From Ascidiella aspersa (Eukaryota), in NCBI GenBank assembly GCA_963924565.1, contig OZ004612.1, positions 7,626,001-7,690,000 on the forward strand: DNA of 64,000 bases, given 5' to 3'. Position numbers and translations under genes: made by a program. Positions 63,348 through 64,000 of the stretch are shown one piece after another. A model generated the notes under the pieces. The model searched no databases. It worked only from the letters and a program-made list of their open reading frames with translations, and had not been told where the DNA came from. Numbering within the stretch: the stretch's first letter is position 1; each line of letters opens with the position of its first letter.

Positions 63348-64000
63348 ATATAAACTGCCGAGGTCGTGTTAGGGGAAGGAAAGTTGCCTTCTTTTGTCGA
63401 TTGAGATCGCTCATCAGAAACAACGGGTTTAATGTTCATTCGAAACTTGGATAATTGTTCTCGGCAAAAACCCAAAGCCGTCGGTAAGGTATCGGAGTAA
63501 ATTATTGGATTCAAAGCGCTGTTAATTGGCAACAGGATAACGGCGGAAAAGGCGTAAGCGAAGGAGGGCATGACCACTCCGCCCATACTTAGAAAAGTCA
63601 TAATGCAGATGGGCATCCAGCAGCACATATCGGTTGCAACAAGGAAAGTAATCTTGCCTTGCATTGTAGCATTTCTAGCAACAGAATCAGCCACAGAGCG
63701 AATGTCTGGTGTCTGTGCAGATCTTCGGTATATAATTACATATGCTACTAAAATATATAGCAAAGAAACGAAGCTAAACGTGATTGTCACAGCGGAGTAA
63801 ATGTTGAAACCTGACTCGTCGCCTGACAAGCGATAAATCTCAGGTATACAGACGCCATTAGCGCTGTAATAACCGTGATAGCCTATAACATCAGTGGTTT
63901 GATTAGGAAAGTTTTTCGACAGGAACTGAACCAATCCGCTCCAGTCCAGCGGTAAATTAGAAGTCGCATTTCCTGGCTGAAGCGCGTTTAAGCGCAAAAT
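63317..64000 (-). pseudogene. 3' part of inverted copy C3 (ECL2 to C tail), open in the visible part, with stop-loss read-through into the MITE
   Basis: ORF 63317-63997 ends TTSAV-YISALYPFLVW. Positional homolog of C1 and C2. The 5' part lies outside the window, so pseudogene status is inferred. Confidence 0.7.

Larger units (their letters stand above)
50691..64000. repeat. Tandem segmental duplication unit 3 (partial: A3, MITE, 3' end of C3)
   Basis: Offset 24828 from unit 2 (29394/54222, 27203/52031). Confidence 0.92.

Noticed and set aside
1-64000. Whole array as an assembly artefact; CRISPR, tRNA or rRNA genes; autonomous transposons
   Set aside because: Copies differ by many private SNPs, indels and insertions. 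I saw no repeat-spacer arrays, structural RNA signatures, or transposase or reverse-transcriptase ORFs.

Overview
Eukaryotic (animal) genomic DNA: AT-rich GT-AG introns, no prokaryotic features. The window is almost entirely a tandem array of one GPCR gene family. By splicing the exons by hand I reconstruct an 8-coding-exon gene (3390 nt, 1129 aa) made of a signal peptide, about 15 LDL-receptor class A (LDLa)-like modules and an RXFP/GRL101-type rhodopsin 7TM domain, with no leucine-rich repeats. This resembles the LDLRR-GPCR architecture described from the ascidian Ciona, so a tunicate source is likely (inference). The genes sit in a 24.2-24.8 kb higher-order unit repeated about 2.6 times: type A gene (+), hAT-like MITE, inverted 5'-truncated pseudogene C (-), type B gene (+). 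A1, B1 and A2 have intact reading frames. A3 has one nonsense codon in a skippable exon. B2 is a disabled chimera, C1 and C2 are disabled, C3 is cut by the window end, and an orphan 3' gene fragment lies at the window start. Notable points are the long inverted-repeat geometry, two independent 13-14 kb deletions that each remove the inverted pair, gene-conversion-like mosaicism, a MITE inserted exactly on a stop codon, a roughly 99-aa extracellular loop 2, and a dense cluster of nuclear-receptor DR4/IR1-like sites in an intron of type A genes only. Function and expression cannot be established from sequence alone.
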